In this document: positions 19,775 to 30,600 of the stretch, piece by piece
Position numbering within the stretch: the first letter of the stretch is position 1
Layout of the letters: each line of letters begins with the position of its first letter
Assembly (NCBI GenBank): GCA_963667315.1
Contig: OY763325.1
Span: forward strand, 1,989,380 to 2,053,379
Reading direction: 5' to 3'
Source: an uncultured Thermotogae bacterium
GTDB lineage: Bacteria; Thermotogota; Thermotogae; MWEM01
Length of the DNA stretch: 64,000 nt
The notes under the pieces: generated by a model
What the model was told of the DNA's origin: nothing
Seen by the model: only the letters and a program-made list of their open reading frames with translations
Databases searched by the model: none
Made by a program: the position numbers and the translations under genes

Positions 19775-20208
19775 CTGAGATGAAGATGGCGGAGGAGCGA
19801 TTAAGACCACTACCCACTCCTTGTGCTGAATGATTGTGTCTTTATATCAAATAAAGTGAATGCTGCCGGTAATATGGCCGATTTTAAAGGACATGGTGGT
19901 GCTTCATTTTTTTGTAAATCTTTATAGAGAAGAATTGGTAATCACAGGGATGGGTTTGAAGTGAACTCGAAACGGATATAAAATAGGAATTGCTAAATTC
20001 TGAAATAATTTGGAACGAATCATAAAACTGTTTGGACTAACGTAAATAAAAAAAACTCCCAAAATCACTTCTGAAAAGCGAAAAGGAATTTTTTCCAATT
20101 ACGAAGCATTTTTTCATAATACCGTACACTTAATACAATGTAATAGTTATTTTTTTAGTTTCGTTTCAAAATAGTAATGATATTGTTTGTTATAACATGT
20201 CAATAAAA

Positions 20209-20237
20209 TTGAATATTTGTTTCTGAGATGGTAAAAT
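20209..20237 (+). promoter_or_regulatory. Sigma-70-type promoter (TTGAAT-17-TAAAAT) for the 2178-aa lipoprotein gene
   Basis: -35 at 20209-20214, a 17-nt spacer, and -10 at 20232-20237. The TTG start at 20284 follows a GGAG RBS. Confidence 0.5.
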
Positions 20238-20283
20238 GAATGGTTGCAGTATAGAATCTTAAACAAAAAAGGAGCAGACGAAA

Positions 20284-23200
20284 TTGAAAAAGAACAGCAG
20301 AATCATCGTAGCGATCATGATAGTAGTGACAATGATATTAGTCCTGACATCATGCGTAAGCCAAAAGAAGCCAAACCAGGCACCGAGCGCGGTGGTAAAC
20401 ATCTACCCTTCACAGAGCGAACTGGTGGATGAGAACTACTTCTACAGCAAATGGACGGCAAGCACGGATCCGGAAGGTGGAGCAGTGACCTATCGCATCA
20501 ACTACGCGCAGACGATAGAAGGACTGGACGACCCGACCTTCTATGAGACGGTGGAGACATACTTTCTGCTGCCGAACCTGGAAGAGGGGATCTGGTACTG
20601 GCGGGTCACGGCGATGGACAAGAACGGAAACAGCACCAGGAGTCCGATCTGGACCTTCACGGTGAACGGAGAGACCTTGCCCCAGCCGGTAGACCCGGAA
20701 GAGATTCCGACAGACCCGTCACTGATCGTGAGTGGAGTGGAAAACACATCCTTCACACTGGACTGGCCTGAATACGAAGACCGGCAGAACCCGGGAAAAG
20801 CGGTAGAATACATCATCTACGTATACGACCAGGGACAGGGAATGAGCACAAGAAACGTTGAAGAAATGGGCTACTGGATGTCACGAATCGCCCCTGCGAC
20901 GACGGCACACACGACGGACACCACCTACACCTTCAACAACATGAACAGCGAGACCTTATACGACTGGGTGATCGTGGCACAGAACAACGCTTCACAAACA
21001 AGCGTGGTAGGAAGCTCACAGGTGAGAACGGGAAACAGAGCGCCAAGCCAACCCGAACTCCTGAACCCGACAGAAGGGGCAACCGACGTAGCCACAGACG
21101 TAACCCTGAGGTGGAGTGAAAGCGTTGACCCGGATGGAGACGCTGTGAAATACTACGTGTACATCGACATGGTAAAAAACACCAACCGAAACGTAACGGT
21201 CGAAGGGATAGACGAGACAGAATACCAGCCGGAAGGACTGGAAGAAGGGCGAACGTATTACTGGTTCATCATGGCAAAAGACGCCAACGGAGCGGCGACA
21301 CGAACACAGACGAACACCTTCATGACCAAAGCGGAAGGAATGGACGTGCCCAACAGCCCGACACCTGGGGACGGAACAGAAGGGATGGACGCGACTGCTC
21401 CACCGCTGTTAGAATGGGAACACGACAAAAACGGGGCACCAATCACCTACACCGTCTACATGAGTGCAAACCCGAAAAAAATAGACAAAAAAGCCGAAGG
21501 GCTGACAGCCAAAAACTACCAGATACCAGGCCTGTTGGAAGGGAATACCAGATACTACTGGGCAATCGAAGCAAAAGACACAGGAACGGACAAAACCACA
21601 CGCAGCGGGGTATGGACCTTCAAAACGGGAACCATCGAAGCGCCGGAACAGACGGAAGCCATCACAAACAGTGACGGGACACAAATAGAACTGACCTATG
21701 ACAAAGCGATGGGAGACCCTGAGGGGAAAAAAGACACCTACACCGTCAAAAAAGAAAGCAGCAACACCATCACAAGCAGAGGCGCAAGAACAGTGACAAC
21801 ATACCGCACAATCGCAACGAGCAAAATAGAAAGAAAAGCTGGAACGACAAACATCTACATTCTTACACTGGAAGAAGCAATAAAAAACGGAGACAAAGTA
21901 TTCATAGACTACACACCGGGAACCGTAGCGAGCACAGACGGCGGGAAACTGGCAAAATACGAAAACAACCCCGTCACCAACCGCGTACCGGGAGCCCTGC
22001 CGGTGTGTACCGCAGCAACCATGACAGCAGACGGCAGAAACGTAGAGCTGTCGTTCAGCCAGGAAATGAAAGCACCGACAGCCGAAGAGGCGAACCAGTT
22101 CGGAATTCTGGTGAACGGATACGTAAACGAAATAGAAGGAGCGACACTAAGTGCAGACAAAAGAGTGATCACGCTGGAACTGGAAAAACCGGTGGGAAAG
22201 AACAACGAAGTGCACGTATCGTACACAAAGGGAACCGTAGCATCAACGGGAGGAACCCTCTTAGAAAGCTTCCAGAACAAAAAAGTGAACACGGACACCC
22301 TTGAGTACATCTGGGTCAACAAAAGCGTGAACTGGAACTACAAGAGCATAAGAGCAGCGATAGACGGAGCAATAGATGGAGATATCATCATCGTGGCACC
22401 GGGAACCTACATAGAAAGCTTTGGTTTTGACGGAAAAGCGATTACCCTGAAGAGTACCTACGAAACCGACACAATGGCAACCGCCACAACGATCATAGAT
22501 GCGCAGCAGCAGGGTCCGATCATGATCTTCAGAAGCGGTGAAGACAGAAATACCGTCTTTGAAGGCTTCACCGTCATGAACGGACATGAAGAGACTTATG
22601 AGACCACAGACAGAAGAGTATCACCATACGGCGGAGCCATCACAATCACAGGGGCAAGCCCGACGATCCGAAACAACATATTCAAAGCCAACAGTTCATA
22701 TAACGGCGGAGCCATCAACGTGAGTGCGGGGAATCCGCTGATCTATAACAACACATTTGATTCAAACGAAGCTGTTTACGGTGGAGCCATCTTCCTGAAA
22801 GCGGAGAACTATTACACAGAAGGCAGAAACACAGCGGAAAAAGAAACGGCAACGATCTATGGGAATACAATCAAAAACAACACGGCGGATAAAGGAGCCG
22901 GAATCTACATAGACGATGAAAGTTACAAAGTGTACAACGCAGCAGGAACAACATGGAAAACCTTCAATGCCCCGAATGCGGCAATCACATTTGTAGAAAA
23001 CGCAACGGAGAAGAATAACACCTACAGCGGAAATACAAGACAAGAGAGAAGTGAATCAAGAACGGAGACATTGGAAGGAATAGACATCTACTACTACTGC
23101 GAAGAAGAACTTGAAACACCGGCGGGAACACTGACACTGAGACCGCAGACGGCTTACGAACAGAGTGTTGTGAGCCTGAATCTGGACTACACGATCGGAA

Positions 23201-26200
23201 GCGAATATCATAATGGATTTGTCGAATTCATATTGACGGACACAAACGGAGACTGCTTTGAGATCACGGAAGGCGCTTCCGTCATCATCAATGGACAGAC
23301 AACTCCGATCACAGATTCCGATTATTACTACACTGCAAAAAATGCCATTATTACGGGACTCAAACTGGAAGAAGGAACTGTCACATTGAGATTGACACCA
23401 CAGGAAACGCCGGCGGGAACGACAACGAATCTCATAAACGCAAGAGATATCAACTATGAGATAAGTGCCAAAGGGGACGCAGATGGACTGGATCATGTAT
23501 GGACAGACAGTACAACATCCACACAAAACTTCCTGTCAAATGCCCTGTCGATCGTGACGGATATAGCCTACAAAGAGGGAAACGAACTGTATGTCAAACT
23601 GGAAAGCACCCCAAAGAGCCTGATAGTGGCCAGTGAGACAACGGTAAACGTTGTGCTCTCATCCATAAAGGCGACGGATGACTCGAGCCAGACGTATGAG
23701 ATCATCACGGCCGCCGGAACACAGACGGGAACGGACGAACTGACGGAAGCAGCAACGCTGATCGTGACGGCGGAACACGGCAACAAGGCAGCTTATGCCA
23801 TAACGATCAACCCGACGAGATTTGTGAGACTGGAAACGAATACAAATACAAGTGGGAGCAGACTCATCAGCAGAACCAATCCACAGGTAACGCTCACGAG
23901 CTGGCATGGCAGAATCACAGACGCAGTGGACCAGGCAGGAGAGACAAACCAGTCAACGATCACGGTATGGCCGGGAACTTACATGGAAAATGTTGACCTC
24001 GGTTCAAAGGGAATCCATCTGATGAGCACGGAACCGGCGAGCAAGACCGTGAGAGAGACGACGATCATCGATGCGAATTACGAAGGAAGTGGCGTAAGCG
24101 TCTACCAGAACACGGGAGCGGTGATCATCGAAGGCTTCACGATCACCCATGCGGGATATGCACACCCGACAAGCAGCAGAGGAGATTCACCGGCAGGAAT
24201 ATCCGTGAACAGGGGAAGCGCTATCATCCGAAACAACATCCTCACAGCGAATGGAAATGAAACCGAAAACAGTGGAGCCCCCGGAATCAGTGTGGTGTTG
24301 TCGGAAACGACGATCAACAACAACACAATCACGAACAACTACAACGTGGACGAAGGAGCGGGAATACATCTGGTGATCGGAACGAGTACCGTCTACGCCA
24401 ACAGCTTCACGGGAAACAAGAGTGAGGGAAACGGTGGGGCAATAGTCATTGGAGAGGAAACAAGATATAGTATGGCGAGAGACGCTGAAAACGACACCAA
24501 AGTAACCGTTTACGGCAACAGCTTCACGAACAACGTGGGAGACAAAGGTGGTGCGATAGCGGTATACGAAGACGCAACGCCTTACAACAAGGCAGGGGAA
24601 GCGTGGAGAGCGTTCAACATGCCGGGAGCGACGACGACGTTTGTAGAACATAACGCCGATACAGAAGACAACAACACGTACTCTGGCAACAGTCTGAACG
24701 AAGACTTCAGCAGTTCAAGAGACGGCGTGGAAGAATCAACGGACATCTGGTTTGCCGGAGAAATAAAATCGACAGCGGGAACACTGGACCTGTCACCGGC
24801 AACGGTGACGGGAGATGCGGGAGAGCAGATCACGCTGACGGCGACGTACACGCTGGATTTCCCGGCATGTAACGGAGCGGTTGGCTTCGCGGTTCCGGAG
24901 CCGTTTAAGCTGACGCAAGACGCCTCAATTACAGTAGGGGGTAAAACGGTAGAGACAGACAGAGTGTTTTTCCTCGATGCTAAAACGGTCGCAATAGTGG
25001 GCATCAACTGTACGGATACACAGACAGTTGCGCTGGCCTTCAACTACACACCGGCCACACAGATGGACGAAGACGATTATGTCGTAGGTACCCGTATAAA
25101 TGTAGACGGAACGGGAACGAGATACACGGAGTCGGACTTTACCTATGCCACAATGACGATACCGCCACAGTATGCGGCTCCCGAAGTGGCGGTAAAAACA
25201 CCGGTTGGTATTGAACTGGAAGCGACAACGACGGTGACGTTCACGTGGGAAGCGACGGCAGGGACACAGACAAATGCTATCGCAAGAGAAGAAGCGGGAA
25301 TAGCCGGATACGTGGTGGCGTTTGCGGACAGAGACGGGAACTGGGCGAGTGCGACGGTGAACGACGGCAACACGAAGAGCTACGCAACGGATACCCTTGT
25401 CTATGGACAGGATTACAGCTGGCATGTGAAGGCGATCGGTGCCAACGGCAAGACGGCGACAACGACACCGGATGCGACGTTTATTACGGCCTACAGGTTG
25501 AGAGATCTGGGGAGTGAAGGGGTTGCCTACACGCTTGAAGACGATACGAACTTTGACTGTTACGAGATAGCCTTCGACAGTAAAGATCTGCCGGGAAGAT
25601 TTGACGGGATGACGGAATTTCAGATAAACGTCAAGGGACAGACGTACAAGTTTGGGCAGAATGAATCTAACCCGACACAGTATAACGTTCAGATTCCTCA
25701 TAGCGTCGGAACGCCAGATGATCCAACGATGGATGAGGTCAGAGACGGGTTCTTTGGGGAGTCTAAAATCAAAAATGTTTCCTTCGCTCAGGGGGAAACA
25801 ACCGCAGAATACGATACGATAGCTGAAGCGGTAGCAGCCGTTGATGACGCTGAAGGACAGGCAACAATCACCCTGAAGGAACCAGAGTATATTTTTACTG
25901 AAAGAATAAACCTTTACAGTGCAGCACCCATTACGATCATGGCGGCAGAGGGTGTAACACCGGTAATAAACGGAAACGACACGACACAGCTCTTCTACAA
26001 TTTCACTCAGGATTCTGCGACAGTGACGTTTATAGGCATCACCTTCAGCCACGCAAAAAGTGGGGTTGCAGGAGCGGCAGTTATATCCAATGCGTCGATG
26101 AAGTTCGTTGACTGTACTTTCAGCAACAATTTGGCAAGTAATCATGCCGGAGCGCTTTATCTGAATTGGGGCTCCTTTGTCATCAAGAACTGTCAATTCA

Positions 26201-26820
26201 ACGATAATTCATGTGGAAGCTCCTCTTGGGGTGGTGCTTTGAACTGTGCCGATAATGCAATATCTCTAAGCATAATTGAATCCACATTTACAGCAAATAA
26301 TGCCTATCGAGGTGGCGCGTTGTATATAGGAAATGCGGATACGGTAGAAATAAAGGATTCTTATTTTGATTCGAATACAGTTACCGGAAATGGAGGCGCT
26401 TTATATCTTGAACAGAGTGAAAATACAGATGTTACCATATCCGGAACGACCTTCACTTCAAATACGGCAACGAATACGAATAACGATGGTCCAACAATAA
26501 CAGTCGGATATGGCGGAGCACTCTATTTAAACTTAAATACTGCCATAGAGATCACCAGTGCGACCATCATAGATAATGCCGCGGGTAAATCAGGTGGTGG
26601 AATTTATATTCTGAGACAAGACGGTTTTACGGGAGCGCCGAAAACGAGTGGCAATTCATGGTGGTACAATAGTGTGGGTGTTCCCTCATCGTTATATTCT
26701 CAGGATAGTGATTTTTCAATAGACAAGAATGGTCAACGTATTTATCCTTGTAGGGAATCAGATCCCGTGGTTGTGAAGTTAAACACAGCACCATCGTATC
26801 GATCGTATTGCATTAATTAA
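20284..26820 (+). CDS. Giant surface lipoprotein (2178 aa): lipobox signal peptide, three to four FN3-like modules, three right-handed parallel β-helix blocks, C-terminal module with Pmp-like GGA[IL]/FxxN repeats
   Basis: The signal peptide is MKKNSRIIVAIMIVVTMILVLTSC. Repeated modules of about 100 aa contain W(T/S)ASTDPEGGAVTY-type motifs. β-helix repeats include GGAITITGASPTIRNNIF..NGGAINV. The C-terminal block has FTSN/FDSN/FTAN alternating with GGALYL/GGAIYI. Extensive paralogy to the 1292-aa gene, for example ITINPTRFVRLETNT...TITVWPGTYMENVDLGSKGIHLMSTEPASKTVRETTIID. Confidence 0.85.
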   Translation: MKKNSRIIVAIMIVVTMILVLTSCVSQKKPNQAPSAVVNIYPSQSELVDENYFYSKWTASTDPEGGAVTYRINYAQTIEGLDDPTFYETVETYFLLPNLEEGIWYWRVTAMDKNGNSTRSPIWTFTVNGETLPQPVDPEEIPTDPSLIVSGVENTSFTLDWPEYEDRQNPGKAVEYIIYVYDQGQGMSTRNVEEMGYWMSRIAPATTAHTTDTTYTFNNMNSETLYDWVIVAQNNASQTSVVGSSQVRTGNRAPSQPELLNPTEGATDVATDVTLRWSESVDPDGDAVKYYVYIDMVKNTNRNVTVEGIDETEYQPEGLEEGRTYYWFIMAKDANGAATRTQTNTFMTKAEGMDVPNSPTPGDGTEGMDATAPPLLEWEHDKNGAPITYTVYMSANPKKIDKKAEGLTAKNYQIPGLLEGNTRYYWAIEAKDTGTDKTTRSGVWTFKTGTIEAPEQTEAITNSDGTQIELTYDKAMGDPEGKKDTYTVKKESSNTITSRGARTVTTYRTIATSKIERKAGTTNIYILTLEEAIKNGDKVFIDYTPGTVASTDGGKLAKYENNPVTNRVPGALPVCTAATMTADGRNVELSFSQEMKAPTAEEANQFGILVNGYVNEIEGATLSADKRVITLELEKPVGKNNEVHVSYTKGTVASTGGTLLESFQNKKVNTDTLEYIWVNKSVNWNYKSIRAAIDGAIDGDIIIVAPGTYIESFGFDGKAITLKSTYETDTMATATTIIDAQQQGPIMIFRSGEDRNTVFEGFTVMNGHEETYETTDRRVSPYGGAITITGASPTIRNNIFKANSSYNGGAINVSAGNPLIYNNTFDSNEAVYGGAIFLKAENYYTEGRNTAEKETATIYGNTIKNNTADKGAGIYIDDESYKVYNAAGTTWKTFNAPNAAITFVENATEKNNTYSGNTRQERSESRTETLEGIDIYYYCEEELETPAGTLTLRPQTAYEQSVVSLNLDYTIGSEYHNGFVEFILTDTNGDCFEITEGASVIINGQTTPITDSDYYYTAKNAIITGLKLEEGTVTLRLTPQETPAGTTTNLINARDINYEISAKGDADGLDHVWTDSTTSTQNFLSNALSIVTDIAYKEGNELYVKLESTPKSLIVASETTVNVVLSSIKATDDSSQTYEIITAAGTQTGTDELTEAATLIVTAEHGNKAAYAITINPTRFVRLETNTNTSGSRLISRTNPQVTLTSWHGRITDAVDQAGETNQSTITVWPGTYMENVDLGSKGIHLMSTEPASKTVRETTIIDANYEGSGVSVYQNTGAVIIEGFTITHAGYAHPTSSRGDSPAGISVNRGSAIIRNNILTANGNETENSGAPGISVVLSETTINNNTITNNYNVDEGAGIHLVIGTSTVYANSFTGNKSEGNGGAIVIGEETRYSMARDAENDTKVTVYGNSFTNNVGDKGGAIAVYEDATPYNKAGEAWRAFNMPGATTTFVEHNADTEDNNTYSGNSLNEDFSSSRDGVEESTDIWFAGEIKSTAGTLDLSPATVTGDAGEQITLTATYTLDFPACNGAVGFAVPEPFKLTQDASITVGGKTVETDRVFFLDAKTVAIVGINCTDTQTVALAFNYTPATQMDEDDYVVGTRINVDGTGTRYTESDFTYATMTIPPQYAAPEVAVKTPVGIELEATTTVTFTWEATAGTQTNAIAREEAGIAGYVVAFADRDGNWASATVNDGNTKSYATDTLVYGQDYSWHVKAIGANGKTATTTPDATFITAYRLRDLGSEGVAYTLEDDTNFDCYEIAFDSKDLPGRFDGMTEFQINVKGQTYKFGQNESNPTQYNVQIPHSVGTPDDPTMDEVRDGFFGESKIKNVSFAQGETTAEYDTIAEAVAAVDDAEGQATITLKEPEYIFTERINLYSAAPITIMAAEGVTPVINGNDTTQLFYNFTQDSATVTFIGITFSHAKSGVAGAAVISNASMKFVDCTFSNNLASNHAGALYLNWGSFVIKNCQFNDNSCGSSSWGGALNCADNAISLSIIESTFTANNAYRGGALYIGNADTVEIKDSYFDSNTVTGNGGALYLEQSENTDVTISGTTFTSNTATNTNNDGPTITVGYGGALYLNLNTAIEITSATIIDNAAGKSGGGIYILRQDGFTGAPKTSGNSWWYNSVGVPSSLYSQDSDFSIDKNGQRIYPCRESDPVVVKLNTAPSYRSYCIN

Positions 26821-26875
26821 TCAGGAATAGAGTTGTAGAACGGGAACCAACGTTTTAAATAAAATAAATTTTCAA

Positions 26876-26912
26876 GAGGAAGAGCAGGCGAAATCCTGCT
26901 CTTTTGTCTTTG
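26876..26912 (+). terminator. Rho-independent terminator after the 2178-aa gene
   Basis: AGAGCAGG-cgaaat-CCTGCTCT followed by TTTGTCTTT. Confidence 0.65.
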
Positions 26913-26959
26913 GATAAGGATTAAAAGACAACTGAGCATATTGTAGATAAGAATGGAAA

Positions 26960-27180
26960 GGTGACGCACACACAGATGAATGTATTCAGGAGGCTCCGTG
27001 GTGATCTGTGTGTGGTAGAAAATCCAACATCGGCGGATGGAGGCAAAGAAATAGGGCTGGTTCATCCACCCCTTATGAGCTGGGAAACGGACAAAAACAG
27101 TGGGGCGATTAGCCTGGGACAAAACAATTCCGAACGGGCAGGAATACAAATGGCATGTACAGGCAATTGGCGGAAATAGA
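26960..27180 (+). pseudogene. Decayed, frameshifted fragment of an FN3-like module related to those in the giant lipoprotein
   Basis: One frame gives ...HPPLMSWETDKNSGAISL..., compare PPLLEWEHDKNGAPITY in the big gene. A +1 frame gives EYKWHVQAIGGNR*, compare DYSWHVKAIGANG. DNA-level similarity to 21405-21440 is visible. There is no plausible start or RBS. Confidence 0.5.
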
Positions 27181-27185
27181 TAAGC

Positions 27186-27224
27186 AAAAAGGCGGTCTTT
27201 TTCAAGACCGCCTTTTGTGTTTTT
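27186..27224 (+). terminator. Rho-independent terminator directly after the decayed fragment
   Basis: GGCGGTC-tttttcaa-GACCGCC followed by TTTTGTGTTTTT. Confidence 0.7.
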
Positions 27225-27504
27225 AGGGAAACTATTTGATTCGTATCATATAGAAATACATCGATATTTCAGTGATAAGTTGCAGAAAAACATAATATAA
27301 ATACGCCTTGTCGTAAGGCACTTCACAACCTATACAAAGTAGAAGTTAAGAAATAATTTTTCTTACTGTGAATTATTCTTGCAGATAACTCAAAAAAACG
27401 GATACAATTGTATTTTTGATAATCGTAATATTGCTGTGTGATCTAAACACTGTGTTTTTATTTTATAAAATCAACTTTATTGTTTTTTTTATATGACACT
27501 ACTG

Positions 27505-27533
27505 TTGATAATTCAACATAGAAGTGCTATAAT
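27505..27533 (+). promoter_or_regulatory. Sigma-70-type promoter (TTGATA-17-TATAAT) for the 1292-aa lipoprotein gene
   Basis: -35 at 27505-27510, a 17-nt spacer, and -10 at 27528-27533. A purine-rich 5'UTR of about 115 nt resembles the UTR of the truncated paralogue. Confidence 0.6.
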
Positions 27534-27654
27534 CAATTCTGAATAACATAGTTAGAAAACAAAGGGAACAAACTGAAAAAGACAGTAAGTTCGAAGGAGA
27601 AAAAATAATAAACAAAGATAAACGATAATGATAAGGAAACATTGGAGGGTAAAG

Positions 27655-30600
27655 ATGAAGAAAACGGTAATAGTTGTATTTGTAGTATTCTCGCTTCTGT
27701 TCACGGCATGTGTACAGGAACAGAAAGTGACAGCCGAGACCAGCCTGCCAAAAGTGCTGGAACTGAGCGGACTAAGCGGACAATATGAGGTAGAAGATTA
27801 CACGGATTATGGACTGTGGCTTCTGACGATAGAGGCGAATGCACTGACGAACAAGGTGGCTGATGCTGATACTTACTACCTTGAGACGGAAGGAAATGTG
27901 TATGCAATTCAGAGGAATCCGTTGAACGCAGGACAACTGATGATCTTTTTACCGGAACACTTCGTCATTGAAAACCTTTCAAGTGCAAAAATAACGATGG
28001 AACAGATAGGACAGTCAGGGAGTAGAGGGGACAACGACGATATCTTCATCGAAACCGTCTACATTACGAAAGACGGGAAAGAGTATGAGCTGACACTGGA
28101 GAATTACCTCTTTATGAAACAAGCGTCAAAAGACACGTTTGTGTACGCAGACGGAAAACTGCTGCGCCCAGATTATGTAAAGAGCAGTGACGGGTACACG
28201 TACAGCATGCAGAGCTACTACAACGCCCGACAGGTATCGGAAGATCACGATGTGAACGGCGCGTTTTCCTTCCTGAAAAAGCTTGAGAATTACGAGAGCT
28301 ATGTCTACGTAAACAATCCATATCGTGCGAAGATAGAAGAAGGAACAGTTGCCGTCTACGATCCGGACACAAGAGACAGGGTCTGGGAGCTGGGGGCTAT
28401 GGGTGCCATAGATGAAGCGGCGACATACACCTACGACATCGCAGATAACAGTAATGCGCAGACACTGACGCTGACGATCAAAGAAGAGAATTTGCCGACA
28501 AAATATAATCAAAGTGGAGAATATGAAATACAGTTCAAGGATGATGCGACCGTATGCAGTTTTGTCAACAGAAGCGGGAACTTGTATGATTGTGTGATTG
28601 AATATGCCATAACCGATAACGTTGATCTGATAAAAAATGCAAGATTCAGTGAGGCCAGTAACGCAACGCAGACGGATATCAGGCTGAAAGGGGTAAATAA
28701 AGCCTATGCTCTGTTAATCACAGACCCTGCAACCGTGTTGAAAGTGGCAAGCGGCACTACCGTTGCACAGATGAAGAGTTATCTTGAAGCGGTGGATGGA
28801 TCAAATCAGACCTATACCTTCAAGACGACGGATGGAAAACTGTCGAATGCCTCAATTCTGACAAAAAACGGAACACTGACAGTAACCTCTGAATATGGGG
28901 AACCATACATTGCTCAATTTGAGATGCGGGTGAATCCGACGCCGTTTGTGAGACTGGAAACGACATCAAAAATCATCTGGCACAACACGATAGGCGATGC
29001 CGTAACAGGCGCATCCGAATCAGATTATTCAACGATCACCGTTTGGCCTGGCTTGTACCGTGAAAACATCACTTTTGGTTCAAAGGCCATTCATCTCATG
29101 AGCACGGATCCGGCGAGTGAGACGGTAAGAAATACGACGATCATAGATGGAATGTCAAACGGTAACACCATTCTAATCGGGAATCTCGCCGGTGGCAGTA
29201 TGGAACGAGACGGTTCTGAAGAACAGACGATCGTTGAAGGCTTTACCCTTACGGGTGGCGCATCAGTCTTATCGCCGACATCACAAAGGGCGGATGACTC
29301 CGTTCTGGGAATGATTTCGGCAGCAGTGGCAGTAAACAGAGAAAAAGCCATCATCCGAAACAACCTCATCACCGGAAACGGAACGGATACCGGAGATGGG
29401 ATGAGCAACCTGTCAGGTTGCGGTATCATCAGTGAGTATGCCACCTCAACCGTATACAGCAACGAGATTCGAAACAATTACAATGTGTTGATAGCAAGTG
29501 GTGCGGCGGTTGCAAACGGAACGGCTGAAATATACGATAATCTCATCACACAGAACACCGGAAATATGGGCGGTGGAATTCTGGTCACCAATCTGGAAGA
29601 AACGGGCGTTTCGTCGAGAGAAACTACTGATGAAACGGTGGCAAAAATCTACCGGAACACCATCAGTGAAAATACCGCAGGAGTTAGTGAATATATCCCA
29701 GGAGACGGAGCGGGAATATATATATATAAAGGCTGCAGCATTCTGAATGCAAATGGGGAAAAATGGAGGCATTTTAATTCACCGGCGGCAAGCATTGAAT
29801 TCGTCGAAGGTTCACCGGCAGAACAGAGAAACGTCTATCAGTCAAATGCCATAAACACGGGATCCGATCAGGGGACCGATATCATGTACGACGAATCCGA
29901 AGAAACTCCTCCGGGAACCCTTGAAATCTCACCAGTAACAGTTCCGGAAGGCGATCTCTTCACCTTAACGGCAACGTACACCTTTGCAGGACCGACCTGG
30001 GAAGGTGGCGTTGAATTGGATTCAGCGGGCGATGTGACACTGGCATTCTTTGATCTGGATACCGCCTCTGTGACCATAGGAGATGGGGAGAAGAGACTTC
30101 TGACGGCTGATGAGAAATTCTCTGCTTATACTATTCAGATCGAAGGGATCACGAGTGAAGCGGCAACGAAAGTGGTGTTTCAGATTTGCAGGAAGTCAGA
30201 TACAGCTATGCCTGCAAAAGCATATACGCTAAGAGCCATACCGGATGCCGATGGTGGATCGGGGAGTGCTTATGGCAACACACAAACGGGAATAGCCTCC
30301 TCGGAGCTAACAATAAAAGTTTCTGGACCGGTTTCTTTTGCACAGGGTGAGACGACAGCAGAGTATGATACGATACAAGCAGCAGTAGCAGCCATCAGCG
30401 GAACAAGTCCGGCCACCCTCACGCTGAACAACGATTTGTACCGGGAAGGATCACAGATAGAGCTGTCATTCTGTCCTGCATTGGTAACGATACAGGCAGC
30501 AGAAGGTAAGTCACCGGTTATAGACGGTGAGGAACAATACCGTCCGTTTAGCTTGACGAACTCTCCAACCGTTACGTTTAAGGGAATTACCTTTACAAAG

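Noticed and set aside
24925-26196. 423-aa minus-strand ORF, plus several ORFs of 80-150 aa antisense within 20.5-25.5 kb
   Set aside because: They are antisense to the GC-rich giant lipoprotein gene. High GC suppresses stop codons on the opposite strand, and the ORFs are Cys/Arg-rich nonsense.
29717-29730. (TA)5 dinucleotide run inside the 1292-aa gene
   Set aside because: It is short, in-frame and encodes IYIYK. It is too short to argue for slipped-strand variation on its own.
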